Shown here one piece after another: positions 1 to 9,961 of a DNA stretch of 64,000 bases (within the stretch, counting starts at the first letter, position 1; every line of letters starts with the position of its first letter). This DNA comes from a virus: positions 6,995-70,994 of IMG/VR virus record IMGVR_UViG_3300049002_000011, one strand, 5' to 3'. The position numbers were made by a program, and so were the translations under genes. Under the pieces are notes generated by a model. The model was given only the letters and a program-made list of their open reading frames with translations, did no database searches and had not been told where the DNA came from.

Positions 1-1
1 C

Positions 2-331
2 GTTACCGCTGAAGTCCGTGAAGCCGCCCGGCGTCGTCGGGTACGTGTTGCCCGCGCTCGATTCTTCTGCTTTGCCGTAAAACAGTGGCCGCTTGCCGCT
101 GATCGCCGAGTCGTAATCCGCGGCCGCGGGCGGCGCGCTGCGCCCGACGTCGGGATTTGCACCGAGCAGGATCGGAATCATTGCGCCGTACGAGGAATCC
201 TGAATTTGGACCTCGCCCTGCAAACGGCCCTTCTCGACCGGCTTTGGTTTCGGAGCGGTTAACGCGGTGATGGTGTAGGTTGCTCCCGCGATCGCGGCGC
301 CGATGAGAGCGGCAATAGCTATCTCAGCCAT
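2..331 (-). CDS. tail tip/host-specificity protein, N-terminal part (runs off the window)
   Basis: ATG at 331 reads MAEIAIAALIGAAIAGATYTITALTAPKPKP...QIQDSSYGAMIPILLG; position after the NlpC/P60 gene and the QxSSYGxxIP motif match GTA-like central tail-tip proteins. Confidence 0.7.
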   Translation of the reverse strand, partial: MAEIAIAALIGAAIAGATYTITALTAPKPKPVEKGRLQGEVQIQDSSYGAMIPILLGANPDVGRSAPPAAADYDSAISGKRPLFYGKAEESSAGNTYPTTPGGFTDFSGN

Positions 332-795
332 TGTGTTACTCCCCTCAGGCGAAAGGCGGCGTGGTTGCGTTCGTCGTGCGCGATGCGTTGCTCAACACAA
401 CGCGGATGACTCTTGTTATTACTCGCGTGAATGCCCCAGCGATAGATCCCGCGCTGTGCAGAAATGATGATGATGTGCGACGCCGGCAGCCGCAGGTGAA
501 ATTTTTGCAGTAACACGTCGCCGGGCTGCGCCTCTTCCCAGTGGTCCAGCCGATCCATTTCCTTGCTCAACTCTTCTTCGAGTTGGTAGGCAGACGTGTC
601 CTCGGTGTATTCGCGGTAATCGAAATCTTCCGGGATCTGTTTGGTGGCTTTCGCGACTGCGAGTAGCAGGCCGAGACAATCGCGGCCGAGATTCGTGCGG
701 CCGAGGTGTCGATACGGCTCACCCACGTGGCTGCGTGCTTCAGCCACGATCGTGTCCGGAGAGACGGCCGGAATTGTGTTGGCGATCGTCAACAT
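319..795 (-). CDS. NlpC/P60 family tail-associated peptidase
   Basis: EARSHVGEPYRHLGR...DCLGL catalytic Cys motif, later QPGD and H residues; position in tail tip module. Confidence 0.85.
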   Translation of the reverse strand: MLTIANTIPAVSPDTIVAEARSHVGEPYRHLGRTNLGRDCLGLLLAVAKATKQIPEDFDYREYTEDTSAYQLEEELSKEMDRLDHWEEAQPGDVLLQKFHLRLPASHIIIISAQRGIYRWGIHASNNKSHPRCVEQRIAHDERNHAAFRLRGVTQWLR

Positions 796-1625
796 TATTC
801 CGGGAACCTCCGCAGCAGCTTGTAAACGCCGGGGATGTTTGGCTCGCCTCGGAAGCGTTCGACCTGGCCGCGCGCGATGCAGGTTTCAAATTCACGATTG
901 CAGCCACGCACGATCGAGATGGTGTCGCCCAGCTCGATGATGAACGGGAAGTCTTGAACGATCGTGACGTCGGTGTGAGTGCCGGCATTGTCGACGCTGG
1001 TTTTTACCTCGAGCTCAAGATCGACGTTATCGCCAGAGGTAAACAGCAGCGTCCCATACTGGAAATAGTTCTCTTCCGCGCCAGGCGTCGCGACGTCGAT
1101 GCGAAACGCGCGCTGATTCGTGATGCTGGTGACGGCGCCGGTGAACGTCTCAGAGGTGATGTCTTTGCCGCATTCGGTGTCGCCGTAACGTTTCACGCGG
1201 CAGAGTGGCGAATAGAGTTGCCCGATCGGCTGCGTGAACAAGTGGCTGATAGAAAGAAATTCCGAACGTGCAAGCTGACCGTTCACCACATCGGAGCGCG
1301 AAAGGATCCCCTGCCACTTCCGTTTGGGCGCAAGCGCGAGATTTGATCGATCGATGACTTGAATGATCAGACGCGCGCGATCCCACGTGCCCGCAGTCAA
1401 AGCGGATTCCGTTATGCCAGTAGCAGTCAGATCGATGCTGAGCTCGAGCTGGTTCGGCGATAACTCAAGCTGCTCTTCGAAACGCGTGGGCTGCATTGCC
1501 GCCGGCGTATAGAGATTGCCGTCAAATGTGTAGTTGATCGGCTGGTCCCAAGTCGTTTTACGCACGACGTTAGCGCCGCGTATGAGCGTCCAAAGCTGAG
1601 TCAGATTTGTTTGCGTGAACGGCAT
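795..1625 (-). CDS. baseplate hub protein (DUF2163/BR0599-like)
   Basis: C-terminal Cys cluster CRVKRYGDTEC...GCNREFETC...RFRGEP; lies between distal tail and NlpC genes. Confidence 0.8.
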   Translation of the reverse strand: MPFTQTNLTQLWTLIRGANVVRKTTWDQPINYTFDGNLYTPAAMQPTRFEEQLELSPNQLELSIDLTATGITESALTAGTWDRARLIIQVIDRSNLALAPKRKWQGILSRSDVVNGQLARSEFLSISHLFTQPIGQLYSPLCRVKRYGDTECGKDITSETFTGAVTSITNQRAFRIDVATPGAEENYFQYGTLLFTSGDNVDLELEVKTSVDNAGTHTDVTIVQDFPFIIELGDTISIVRGCNREFETCIARGQVERFRGEPNIPGVYKLLRRFPE

Positions 1626-1709
1626 GTGGGAAGGCGATGCGGGCGGGAACGTATGTCAAAAAGTTGCAGATTTTGAGGTAGGTTTGTTTGTAGATTTCTT
1701 TGTTGATTT

Positions 1710-2342
1710 CTACAAAATTTCAATCAAAGGAATGTCCGGCACGTCGACGATGCCCGAGCCATTCGAGTACTTAAGCAGGTCCATCGGCAACGTCTTCTGC
1801 AGGAAGCGACAGGGCACAAAGAATTCGAGACTGTGTGTGATTGCAGTGGGCGAACCGGAGACGACTGTGAGTAAGCCCGTGGTCGTGTCATAGGTGTAAT
1901 TCGTAGTGACGGTGGCCAGCGAGCCGTCGAAATAGATCGCGCCGCCAGCTTTCGGTCGCGTAAGCGTGCGGAGATGATCGGTAGCTCCTACGGTGTACTT
2001 CTTTTGCAGTTGCCAGACGGCGCCGCCCACGTTCGTCGCGACGCCTTGCGACGTGATGCCGGTAGCGTGAGTCGTCGCGAGACGCGTTGTCTGGAAGTCG
2101 ATCCAGTCCTTAACGAGAAAGCCGGTTGTTGGTCCACCCATCGCGTGCCAGAAGGTAAGGAGCGTGAAGACATCGTTGAGTGACTTCACCCCCATGGCTG
2201 CGTTGTAAGTACGCCGCATTTGCGAGCGGTTGGGATTCACGGTCTCGACACCGGTGAATGACGTGAGGATCGACACAGCCGCCTCGATCGATGGACCGAG
2301 ACGCTTCGCGTTAAGCGGAAATTCAACAGCTACAATTGCCAT
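1710..2342 (-). CDS. distal tail protein (DUF2460-like)
   Basis: GFLVKDWIDF, WQLQKKY...RTLTRP and FFVPCRF motifs; directly after tape measure. Confidence 0.8.
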   Translation of the reverse strand: MAIVAVEFPLNAKRLGPSIEAAVSILTSFTGVETVNPNRSQMRRTYNAAMGVKSLNDVFTLLTFWHAMGGPTTGFLVKDWIDFQTTRLATTHATGITSQGVATNVGGAVWQLQKKYTVGATDHLRTLTRPKAGGAIYFDGSLATVTTNYTYDTTTGLLTVVSGSPTAITHSLEFFVPCRFLQKTLPMDLLKYSNGSGIVDVPDIPLIEIL

Positions 2343-2362
2343 AGGTGGAATGTGAAGAGTGA

Positions 2363-5300
2363 TTAAGCAAGTCGAAAGGCGACTTGGCGCAGACTGTCGT
2401 GCATCTTGCGTTTGATCTGCCCTTCGCTTCGTTTCACGTCGGCAGCATCGCGCGCATAGATCGGCATGCTAAAGTGAAAATGATTCTCGACTGGACCGCC
2501 TGAAGGTGAGAAAGAAGATCGTGACGCCGGGGCGGCAAAGGAGGGGCTGTCGATAATGCCGCCGTTCGCCCGGGCAAATAGGTTACTAACTGGGAAGAGC
2601 CATGACAAGCCCTTATTCCCACGCTGGCCACCAAAGCCAAGCATCGACGCGGCGGGGCTCACAATCGCGCGGACCTTCTCACTCTTCACGGCTGCATAAA
2701 CCGGTGAAAGCGCCTTAAAGAATCCGCCCCAACTGAATCCCGGCAGCTCGCCCGTTGCGTTGATGTATTCCAACGCCGATCGCTGCTTTGCCGTGGCGCG
2801 CGCGTTGACGATAAATTCGCCGCGAGACACGCGTGCGGTTGGTACGCCGTTCGGATCTACGCCCAGAATAGAGTCCGAGGTGGTCGTGCCTGGTCCGGAG
2901 ATCATGCCTCCGTTTGCTAGACCACTGAGAGCCTTCCCTGCAGCACTACCAATGCCACCCTGCGAACCACTGCCACCACCAGTTAGACCGCCGATAGCAC
3001 CGTTCAACGCGCCGATCGCCATTGACGCAAACAGGCCTTTCCACGTAAACCCTCCGGTCGCGCCGAAGTTGGCCATGATGGAAAGCATTTGCGTCATCAC
3101 ACCAACCATGCCCTGGCCAGCGGTGATGATCGCGGATGACGTCGACTTGCCGGTCCGATCGACAGCTCCGGCGTTCGACTCTCCGGCGGCATCGATCGCG
3201 TGAACAGCTTCGTGACCAGCTTCCGTAATCGCGAACGGACTGTTGTTTGTGAATGTACCGAGCAAGCTGCTCACGAGGTTCTGTGTGCCGCCGCCTGAGC
3301 CCGTTGCGTGATTGGAGAGAGCGCCGGCTTGACGCACGGCGGTAACGATTTGCGTCGTCGATCGATCGACGGCAGAAACGATCGGAGTCGATGTCTTGGT
3401 GGCTTGATCGTCGACGCCGCCAAAACGTCCGAGTCCGAAAGCGCTCAGTATCGAATTAAAAATACCTTTGCCACTATTGCCAGCGTCGCTCGGCTGACTG
3501 CCCGAGGCTCCGGCGCCGCTTGCTTGCGGGATTTTGAACACGGTCTGCAACAACGACAGCACGCGTGACTTCACCAGGTCCAGGGCCATTTGTTCGAGCG
3601 TGTCGCGGAACGAATCGCCTAGCGACTTGAAGAAGCCCTTCCAACCTTCTTCCTTGTATTTGTCGAGCGCGTTTTTGAAGGTGCTTACGATCTTATCTGC
3701 CGCCTCGCGCAATCGTTCGCGCTGCTTCTCGTAGTAATCAGCGATGATGTCTTGGCGGCGTTGTGCTGAGCGGGTCTCTTCGGCCTCGATCTGATCGTTG
3801 ATGCCCGCGATAATTTCGGCGCGTCGTTGTTCGTTCTTTTCAAACTTTTCAACATACTCGCGTTGGCGGCGCAAATCGTCGGTGCGACGTTGCGTAGCCA
3901 TTCGCTCGATCGCGATCTCCAATTCGGCCTGTTTCTTCCAGACGACCTCCTTGCGGACACCCATCTGTTCGAGAAGGCGCAGGCGATCGCGCTCTGTCTC
4001 GGCCGTCATGTCGGCAATCGAATCGTAGATACCGCGCAACCGATCGCGGTGTTGCTGGAGGCGTTCGTATTCGCGTTTGTTCGCTTCGTCTGCGTCGGCG
4101 CCCGACTGGCGCAGCAGGTTCGCCATACGTTGACGAATCTCCTGTAGTTGGGCCAACACGTCATTAAACTGCTTGGTGTCCGGAGTGAGACGTGACTGCT
4201 CGCCGACAAGCGCTTGTTCCTGCATTTGCAGGATCTCGAGCTGCATTTGTGCGATGCGTTTCTGCGCGGCTCCAAAACTAACGACGCCCTGCTCCGCGAG
4301 ACGGTTCCAGATAGCTTCGGTACCCGAAGCCGCTTCTTGCGCCAACGTTACGGTGGCTTGCTGGAATGAACGTTGAATCGACAATCGCTCGGAGGATTGG
4401 AAGCGCTCGATTTCCGTGACCGCGACTGAGTGTTTTTGCCAGGTGGCTTTTACTTTCTCTGAGAGCTGCGCTTCCGCAAGATCTCGCTGCCGGCCGCGCA
4501 GACCGGAGGCGGCCAGTGCAAACGCTTCCTGGTTGTTACGTTCATTCTCAGCCTTAAACAAATCGTCGCTGGCCTTACGCTTCGCCGTGACGTATTGCTC
4601 GAGTTGCTGAATGCCTTCGGAGTAGTAGTAGTCCGCGTCAGCGAGCAGCTTCTGATTGAGACGCTCAATGGTCTGGACCGCGACTTCCGCGATCTGCATT
4701 TCCACTTTGAACTTCTGTGCGGCCGCATTCTGTCCGGATTTCTTTGACCCTTCGCCAAAACCGGCGGGCAGTGAGGTTCTTGTGCTATTGGTCGCCGTTG
4801 CTTTCTCACTTTGATCGCTGTAGCCAGGCGCGCCCGAAACGTATTCGCCTTCGTCGTTGTAACGTTGCGGGTTCTGATTCGTCTGTTGAATATTTTGATT
4901 TGCTTCATACGCCTGATTGCGCGCGCGCGCCTGCGCCACCCCAGCCGCGGCGTAAGCGGCGAGCACACTGGGAGACATCAACATAATTGCGATGCCGACA
5001 GCCGCCGCGACCGCCTCGATCGCACCGCCCTTAATTCCGGTCACCAGGCCCACAATCAGCTTCGCGCCCCAGATCAAACCGGCGCGCTGAAACTCGATGG
5101 CCTTAGCGACTAGAAAAGCGATAAGAGTAGTGAGGGCCTGTTGTGCTTTCAGCAGGATGGTGACAAAGCCGGCGAGAAAAGCGTCGACAATTCTGATCGC
5201 CATGTCCCAAACCGTTTGCCAGTCACCATTGATCATGGCGAGCACGGCCGTAATCACGCTGGAGATGACCCGGAGCGCCGTGCGAATCACCGTGGTGATG

Positions 5301-7216
5301 ATTTCCCACGCCCCTTTCACCGCGATGACCACCGCTTTGCCGTGTGAATTCCAGAGCGCTTCGATCAATCCCAACACGTTCGCAGTTAAAGTTTTTAACT
5401 GCGGCATGATGAGCCCGTAAGCGTCGCGTAGTTCATTCCACACTTGCAGCAGGAATCTCTTGATCGCATTCCACGCGGAGAGCGTCAGATCACGCACGCC
5501 GAGCCAGTTCGTTTTCCATATGGTGTAAACGGCGGTCGCGGTCGCGGTCGCCACAGCCGCAAGCTCGACGATGTAAATCGTGATCGCCGCTATCACGGCG
5601 CCGACAGGAATGAGAATCTCGGATAATGCTACAAAGCCACCCACCGCACCGGCCGCGGTCACCAGCGAAGCAATCGATCCGGCGAGTCCTAAAATTGCCG
5701 AGGCGACGGTGCCAACGATCACGAGCACCGGACCGAGCGAGGCGACAAAGCCCAGCAATGCAACGATCCCGGCTTTCACCCCGCCGGGCATTTGTTTCCA
5801 CGCATTTGTTGCCGTCTGAATCGCCGACACCAGGAACTCCGATAACGCTTTCACAACGGGCACGAGTATCGGCAGCAATTCCGCTCCGAGAGTTTCAAGA
5901 GCGTGACGCGCAGTGTTTTTGAAGATCTCGAATTGAAAGTTGAAAGTTTTGTTGACCGTCTCGAACGCTCGATCGGCGGCTCCGGATACACCCGGGTCTT
6001 CTTTCGCTGACTGCACGGTAGGAAGTTGCCGTAACAGCGTAGCGAAACCTTTCTGCGATCGAATGTCTGGAAATAGCCCCTGGACCAGCTTCGACTTGTC
6101 TACTTCCGAGAGCGTGTCATATTTCTTTTTAACTTCATCGAGTATCTGAATGAAGGGCAGAAATTCGCCGCGCGCGTTGTGCGTCTCGATGCCCAGCTCT
6201 TTCAAACCCTTCTGAGCTTCTTTGCCCGTGAACTGATTGAGGACCTGAGAGAGCTGCGTCATGTTCTCCGCGGCTGGTCCGGCTTCTTTGGTAGCGCCGA
6301 CGACGAGCGCCATTAACGTGTCGAAGTCAACGCCCGCGTTCTGGGCCGCCTTCGAAACTCCAGCGAGCTCGCGCGAGAGCTCGCCACCAGTGATGATGCC
6401 GCGGTTAACAGTCTGGAAGAACCGATCTTGAATGTGATCGACTTCGGTGGCTTTCATCCCGTAGGCGTTCATCACGCCGAGGATTGCTGTACCGAACTCT
6501 AATGCTTCGACGCGCGCGGCCGTCGCGCCCTTACCGAACTTCTCAGTGAGATTCAGCGTCGCCGCCTGGCCGATATCGTCGAGCGAAGAAACGATGTTGT
6601 AGGACGCCTCCCCGAGTTGTTCGCTCGTCTGCGGGATGCGTGTTTGCAGCAGTGAGAGTTTGTCGAAGACCTGTGACGCGTCGAAATCCGGTCGTATGGT
6701 CCGGATGAGCGAAACCTTCGACTCCAGATCACCGGCGAATTTGGCTGCGGCCGCTGAAGCGCCCGCGAGCGGCAAGGTCACACCTGCTGTAATCGCGGCA
6801 CCGGCGCGCTGCGCATCACGCGCCATGCCTTCGAGACTACCGCGTAAGTTATCAACCGCGGCTCGATGTCGTTGCAGCGCACTGGCGGCTTGCGTCTGCG
6901 CGTTTCGGTTCGCGTTAACAGCCTGCGTGTTTTGGTTGGTGGCGCGAGTGCCCTGGGTGACCGCGTTGCTGTTTTGATTGACGGCGTTGGTGGTCTGCCG
7001 GGTGTTATTACCCAGCAGGCTCATAGTTGTCGCCGCCTGATTATTGGCGTTGGCCCATGCTAAAAGCTTCTGTGTGTAAGACGCAACCTGGCCTTGACCG
7101 CTTTTGAGACCAGCAACGGTTTTCTCGTGCTTCTCATTTAAGCGGTCAAGGCCTTTTTCTGCGTCAGCGCCTTCGTAACCGGCACTAACTACCAGCGATG
7201 CTATTTCAGTTGCCAT
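2363..7216 (-). CDS. tail tape measure protein
   Basis: 1617 aa, Ala/Gly-rich helical, TP901-type core (GVTLPLAG...), central hydrophobic repeats, C-terminal GGMISGPGT...SRGEFIVNA motif. Confidence 0.95.
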   Translation of the reverse strand: MATEIASLVVSAGYEGADAEKGLDRLNEKHEKTVAGLKSGQGQVASYTQKLLAWANANNQAATTMSLLGNNTRQTTNAVNQNSNAVTQGTRATNQNTQAVNANRNAQTQAASALQRHRAAVDNLRGSLEGMARDAQRAGAAITAGVTLPLAGASAAAAKFAGDLESKVSLIRTIRPDFDASQVFDKLSLLQTRIPQTSEQLGEASYNIVSSLDDIGQAATLNLTEKFGKGATAARVEALEFGTAILGVMNAYGMKATEVDHIQDRFFQTVNRGIITGGELSRELAGVSKAAQNAGVDFDTLMALVVGATKEAGPAAENMTQLSQVLNQFTGKEAQKGLKELGIETHNARGEFLPFIQILDEVKKKYDTLSEVDKSKLVQGLFPDIRSQKGFATLLRQLPTVQSAKEDPGVSGAADRAFETVNKTFNFQFEIFKNTARHALETLGAELLPILVPVVKALSEFLVSAIQTATNAWKQMPGGVKAGIVALLGFVASLGPVLVIVGTVASAILGLAGSIASLVTAAGAVGGFVALSEILIPVGAVIAAITIYIVELAAVATATATAVYTIWKTNWLGVRDLTLSAWNAIKRFLLQVWNELRDAYGLIMPQLKTLTANVLGLIEALWNSHGKAVVIAVKGAWEIITTVIRTALRVISSVITAVLAMINGDWQTVWDMAIRIVDAFLAGFVTILLKAQQALTTLIAFLVAKAIEFQRAGLIWGAKLIVGLVTGIKGGAIEAVAAAVGIAIMLMSPSVLAAYAAAGVAQARARNQAYEANQNIQQTNQNPQRYNDEGEYVSGAPGYSDQSEKATATNSTRTSLPAGFGEGSKKSGQNAAAQKFKVEMQIAEVAVQTIERLNQKLLADADYYYSEGIQQLEQYVTAKRKASDDLFKAENERNNQEAFALAASGLRGRQRDLAEAQLSEKVKATWQKHSVAVTEIERFQSSERLSIQRSFQQATVTLAQEAASGTEAIWNRLAEQGVVSFGAAQKRIAQMQLEILQMQEQALVGEQSRLTPDTKQFNDVLAQLQEIRQRMANLLRQSGADADEANKREYERLQQHRDRLRGIYDSIADMTAETERDRLRLLEQMGVRKEVVWKKQAELEIAIERMATQRRTDDLRRQREYVEKFEKNEQRRAEIIAGINDQIEAEETRSAQRRQDIIADYYEKQRERLREAADKIVSTFKNALDKYKEEGWKGFFKSLGDSFRDTLEQMALDLVKSRVLSLLQTVFKIPQASGAGASGSQPSDAGNSGKGIFNSILSAFGLGRFGGVDDQATKTSTPIVSAVDRSTTQIVTAVRQAGALSNHATGSGGGTQNLVSSLLGTFTNNSPFAITEAGHEAVHAIDAAGESNAGAVDRTGKSTSSAIITAGQGMVGVMTQMLSIMANFGATGGFTWKGLFASMAIGALNGAIGGLTGGGSGSQGGIGSAAGKALSGLANGGMISGPGTTTSDSILGVDPNGVPTARVSRGEFIVNARATAKQRSALEYINATGELPGFSWGGFFKALSPVYAAVKSEKVRAIVSPAASMLGFGGQRGNKGLSWLFPVSNLFARANGGIIDSPSFAAPASRSSFSPSGGPVENHFHFSMPIYARDAADVKRSEGQIKRKMHDSLRQVAFRLA

Positions 7217-7819
7217 TGCCTCTCAGTTCGCGACGCTGAGCAGCAAGGTCAGCGGCGATTTGCTCTGCATCGCTCTCGGCTGCTTCAGCGCAGAGAGCCC
7301 ATTGCGTAATGCAAGTGGGAAGGTTGGCCAGATCCTTAATCGTGTAGGCGCCGCGGTAATACCGGACGGCGCGCACAATCGGATACCAGCTCGGGACAGA
7401 GCCCGCCTCGCCCCCGCTTCCTAAGAATTGGGCGAGGCTGGCTCGCTCGGAGGGTTTGCCATGTCACGCAGGTGCTCGGTGATTTGCTTGATGAAGGAAG
7501 CCATCATGCCATACGAGAGATTGAGCCAGTTCTCGTATGTCGGGTCGAAACGCTCGCCTTTGAGCACAATCGGTTCGCCCTTCTCATCGACCCACGATTG
7601 GATCAAATCCGAAAGCATTCTGGCGTTGTCGTCTTTGACTTCATCGGGAACGTCTGTTTCGTTCTCGCCGATGAGCTCCTCATTCGAGGTAGCCAGTGCG
7701 ATCAGTTTCGCCTTGTAAGTCGGCGTCAACTTCTCAGTGAAAACGTTGCAGTTGAATTGGTAGTTTTTGTACTTCACCTCACACGATGAAGTCTCATTCA
7801 AAAGATCACTTAGTTCCAT
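7206..7819 (-). CDS. tail assembly chaperone, long (-1 frameshift, gpGT-like) form
   Basis: After slippery A-AAC-CCT the -1 frame stays open (PSERASLAQFLGSGG...RRELRGNGN) to a TGA at 7208-7206 overlapping the tape-measure start. Confidence 0.8.
7421..7819 (-). CDS. tail assembly chaperone, short (gpG-like) form
   Basis: 132 aa acidic ORF between tail tube and tape measure. Confidence 0.8.
   Translation of the reverse strand: MELSDLLNETSSCEVKYKNYQFNCNVFTEKLTPTYKAKLIALATSNEELIGENETDVPDEVKDDNARMLSDLIQSWVDEKGEPIVLKGERFDPTYENWLNLSYGMMASFIKQITEHLRDMANPPSEPASPNS
7451..7457 (-). promoter_or_regulatory. -1 programmed frameshift slippery heptamer A AAC CCT
   Basis: X XXY YYZ heptamer in frame near the chaperone 3' end with an open -1 frame downstream. 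Confidence 0.75.
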
Positions 7820-7981
7820 GGTTCGTTAACAAGCTCCTTGGGCATGTCATTGAGTGGTTTTGGAAATGGGTGAGAGGAAAGGGCTACGACGCGACGCGTG
7901 ACCCGGCAAGCGTGGTATGCGCTCGGGAGATCTCGCCTGCGATCCGTTTGTCGTTACCACGGACCACGCGTCGCGAAGACT

Positions 7982-8416
7982 TTACGCGAACGTCGAGCGC
8001 GTCGCGTCGCCGGTGATCTGCAATTCAGCGGTAAAGCTGGCGGCGCCGTTGACTGGAGATGTGCGGCTGAACTTCACGAGGTAGCACTTGCCGGTGTACT
8101 TCGTTTTCCCGGTAGACGTTCCTTCCGGACCATACTCGAAATCAAAACCTTCGTTGGTGGTCTGTGCGGTCGGTTCGCCCACGCCGAGAATCGCCGCCAG
8201 GTGCGCGTCGACGGTGGCGTCCCAGCGACCTTGCAGCGAAATTTTGTTGTCTTTGAAACCGACGATGAATTGCTTCGCCGATGCCTGAAAAGTGGTGACG
8301 TCCAACAACTCAGCTTCTTGTGGAAAGTCGACGTTGTTGAGCTTCGTGCTGATATCAGTGAGCGTGTTCGCAAGATTGTCGATCTTGAACGACGTAACGC
8401 GGCCGTGTAGTGCCAT
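7982..8416 (-). CDS. major tail tube protein
   Basis: 144 aa, LDVTTF...KISLQGRWD...YTGKCYL...FTAELQITG pattern; position upstream of chaperone. Confidence 0.8.
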   Translation of the reverse strand: MALHGRVTSFKIDNLANTLTDISTKLNNVDFPQEAELLDVTTFQASAKQFIVGFKDNKISLQGRWDATVDAHLAAILGVGEPTAQTTNEGFDFEYGPEGTSTGKTKYTGKCYLVKFSRTSPVNGAASFTAELQITGDATRSTFA

Positions 8417-8531
8417 GAGTGATTAGGTCTCCTTCGAGAAGTGAAGTTGCTGAATTGAGTAAGTTTGCTGGGGTGAGATCGGGTGTGGGGTGAGTCGCGA
8501 TCGTCTTCACGCAGACGAACGATCGCGCGTG

Positions 8532-9284
8532 TTAAGAGTTGTTGCGTGCGAGCGCAACGACGAAAGTGAAAGAAGGACCTGTGCCCGCAATGGTCCAACT
8601 GACACGCACGTAGCGCCGGATTGTGCCGGCGATCGAGATGCGCTGGTGCCCGACGGCCGTCAACTGTGTGAAGGTGCCGATCGTTGCCCAGCTCACATTG
8701 TCCGCGGAGTCTTCTACGATGACGTCGAGCGTATCGCCGGCGCTGGCTTCCGTGCAGTGAATCTGCACTTTCGCTCCAAACGCGGTCGCGGCGGCGCCGT
8801 CGTAGGCGGTGCCGGTGCCGGTCGCAGTGCGCGCGACCTGGTGTGCCAGCAAAATAGCTTGCTGGATCGGGCCGTCCGATTTGACTTCGGCCATCGCGCT
8901 CACGAGCCCGTTGAAAGGCGACTGGACCGAATACTTGGTTTCCTTGCCCGCCAGGATCTGAGTATTCAAACCGAAAGTGCCCAAACCCTCCTGGCCGATG
9001 AGGAAGTACTGATCGCTATCGACGCCGAGAATGGGTTGCAGCACGTCGTCGACGCGATTATCTAATCCGGCGGGATTGTTGGTCGCTTCAAATTGATCGG
9101 CGGACCATACTCCGGAAAGCGAGACGCCGCCCTCGACAAAGTCGGGTATGAAAGTCTTTGCGGCTGCCGTAAACGTAGTGGCGTCCAGAACGGCCGCCTC
9201 GCCGTTGAGTTCCGCGTTTTTGAAATAGATCGAGAGGTCGTATTGATTGACGAGGACCTGAGTGCGTCTGCCGTGAATTGCCAT
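8532..9284 (-). CDS. tail-tube-like protein with extra C-terminal beta-sandwich domain
   Basis: N-terminal half aligns with the 7982-8416 protein (MAIHGR/MALHGR, LDATTF/LDVTTF, SLSGVW/SLQGRW); C-terminal VEDSADNVSW...RRYVRVSW domain. Confidence 0.7.
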   Translation of the reverse strand: MAIHGRRTQVLVNQYDLSIYFKNAELNGEAAVLDATTFTAAAKTFIPDFVEGGVSLSGVWSADQFEATNNPAGLDNRVDDVLQPILGVDSDQYFLIGQEGLGTFGLNTQILAGKETKYSVQSPFNGLVSAMAEVKSDGPIQQAILLAHQVARTATGTGTAYDGAAATAFGAKVQIHCTEASAGDTLDVIVEDSADNVSWATIGTFTQLTAVGHQRISIAGTIRRYVRVSWTIAGTGPSFTFVVALARNNS

Positions 9285-9307
9285 TTGTGAGTCTCCGAAT
9301 AGAGTGG

Positions 9308-9751
9308 TTAAGCGGAAGCGTGGACGTCGAAGTAAAAACCCGCCATGCCGGTATCGATGCTGCGTTGCGCGGAGTCCGGATCATCCTGCGTCGGGATGTC
9401 GTTGGTTGGTACGCAGGCAAGGGTGACGGCGCCGGTGATGACGAGCTGCGCGTTCAGCAATAAAGTCTTGCAGAGGTCGACGATCTGCGCGCATAGCTCG
9501 CGAGCAGTTTTTGTATCGGTTCTCTCTGCATGAGCGGTGAGCATGTAAATGTGTTTCTCGCTACTGACAGTTAGACCAAACGTGTAATCCGGTACTGACG
9601 CAACGTGCGTGAACTTGACGAACGGCAGCGGCGTCCCGTCTTCGGGCTGGCCATCGTGAGCATCACCAGGCGCCAGCGTCAGCAACGTTGCGCTGCCGTG
9701 CAGGGCCTGGTAAATGGCGGCGTTGGTCGCGTCGATGGAAACGAAGGGCAA
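9308..9751 (-). CDS. tail terminator/completion protein (DUF3168-like)
   Basis: AAIYQAL...PLPFV motif, size and synteny. Confidence 0.7.
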   Translation of the reverse strand: MPFVSIDATNAAIYQALHGSATLLTLAPGDAHDGQPEDGTPLPFVKFTHVASVPDYTFGLTVSSEKHIYMLTAHAERTDTKTARELCAQIVDLCKTLLLNAQLVITGAVTLACVPTNDIPTQDDPDSAQRSIDTGMAGFYFDVHASA

Positions 9752-9760
9752 GGGGTAGGA

Positions 9761-9946
9761 CTACACTTTCTCGACTTGCCGAGTGTTCAGCGTGAGACCC
9801 GATCTGTAATCGCCGGGAAACATGGGTTCGACTGTTTCCAGCCCGACGTTGCAATACTCTTCGCCAGCGTCGACGCGATTGACGACTGCACGAATAAGCA
9901 CTTCATCACCAACACTCAGCGTATTTCCGTTTTTATCATGTGGCAT
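9761..9946 (-). CDS. small hypothetical protein (DKNG..L.VGDEV, SH3/KOW-like)
   Basis: 61 aa ORF with AGGAG RBS inserted in the neck module. Confidence 0.55.
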   Translation of the reverse strand: MPHDKNGNTLSVGDEVLIRAVVNRVDAGEEYCNVGLETVEPMFPGDYRSGLTLNTRQVEKV

Positions 9947-9961
9947 TTCCGAGAATCTCCT

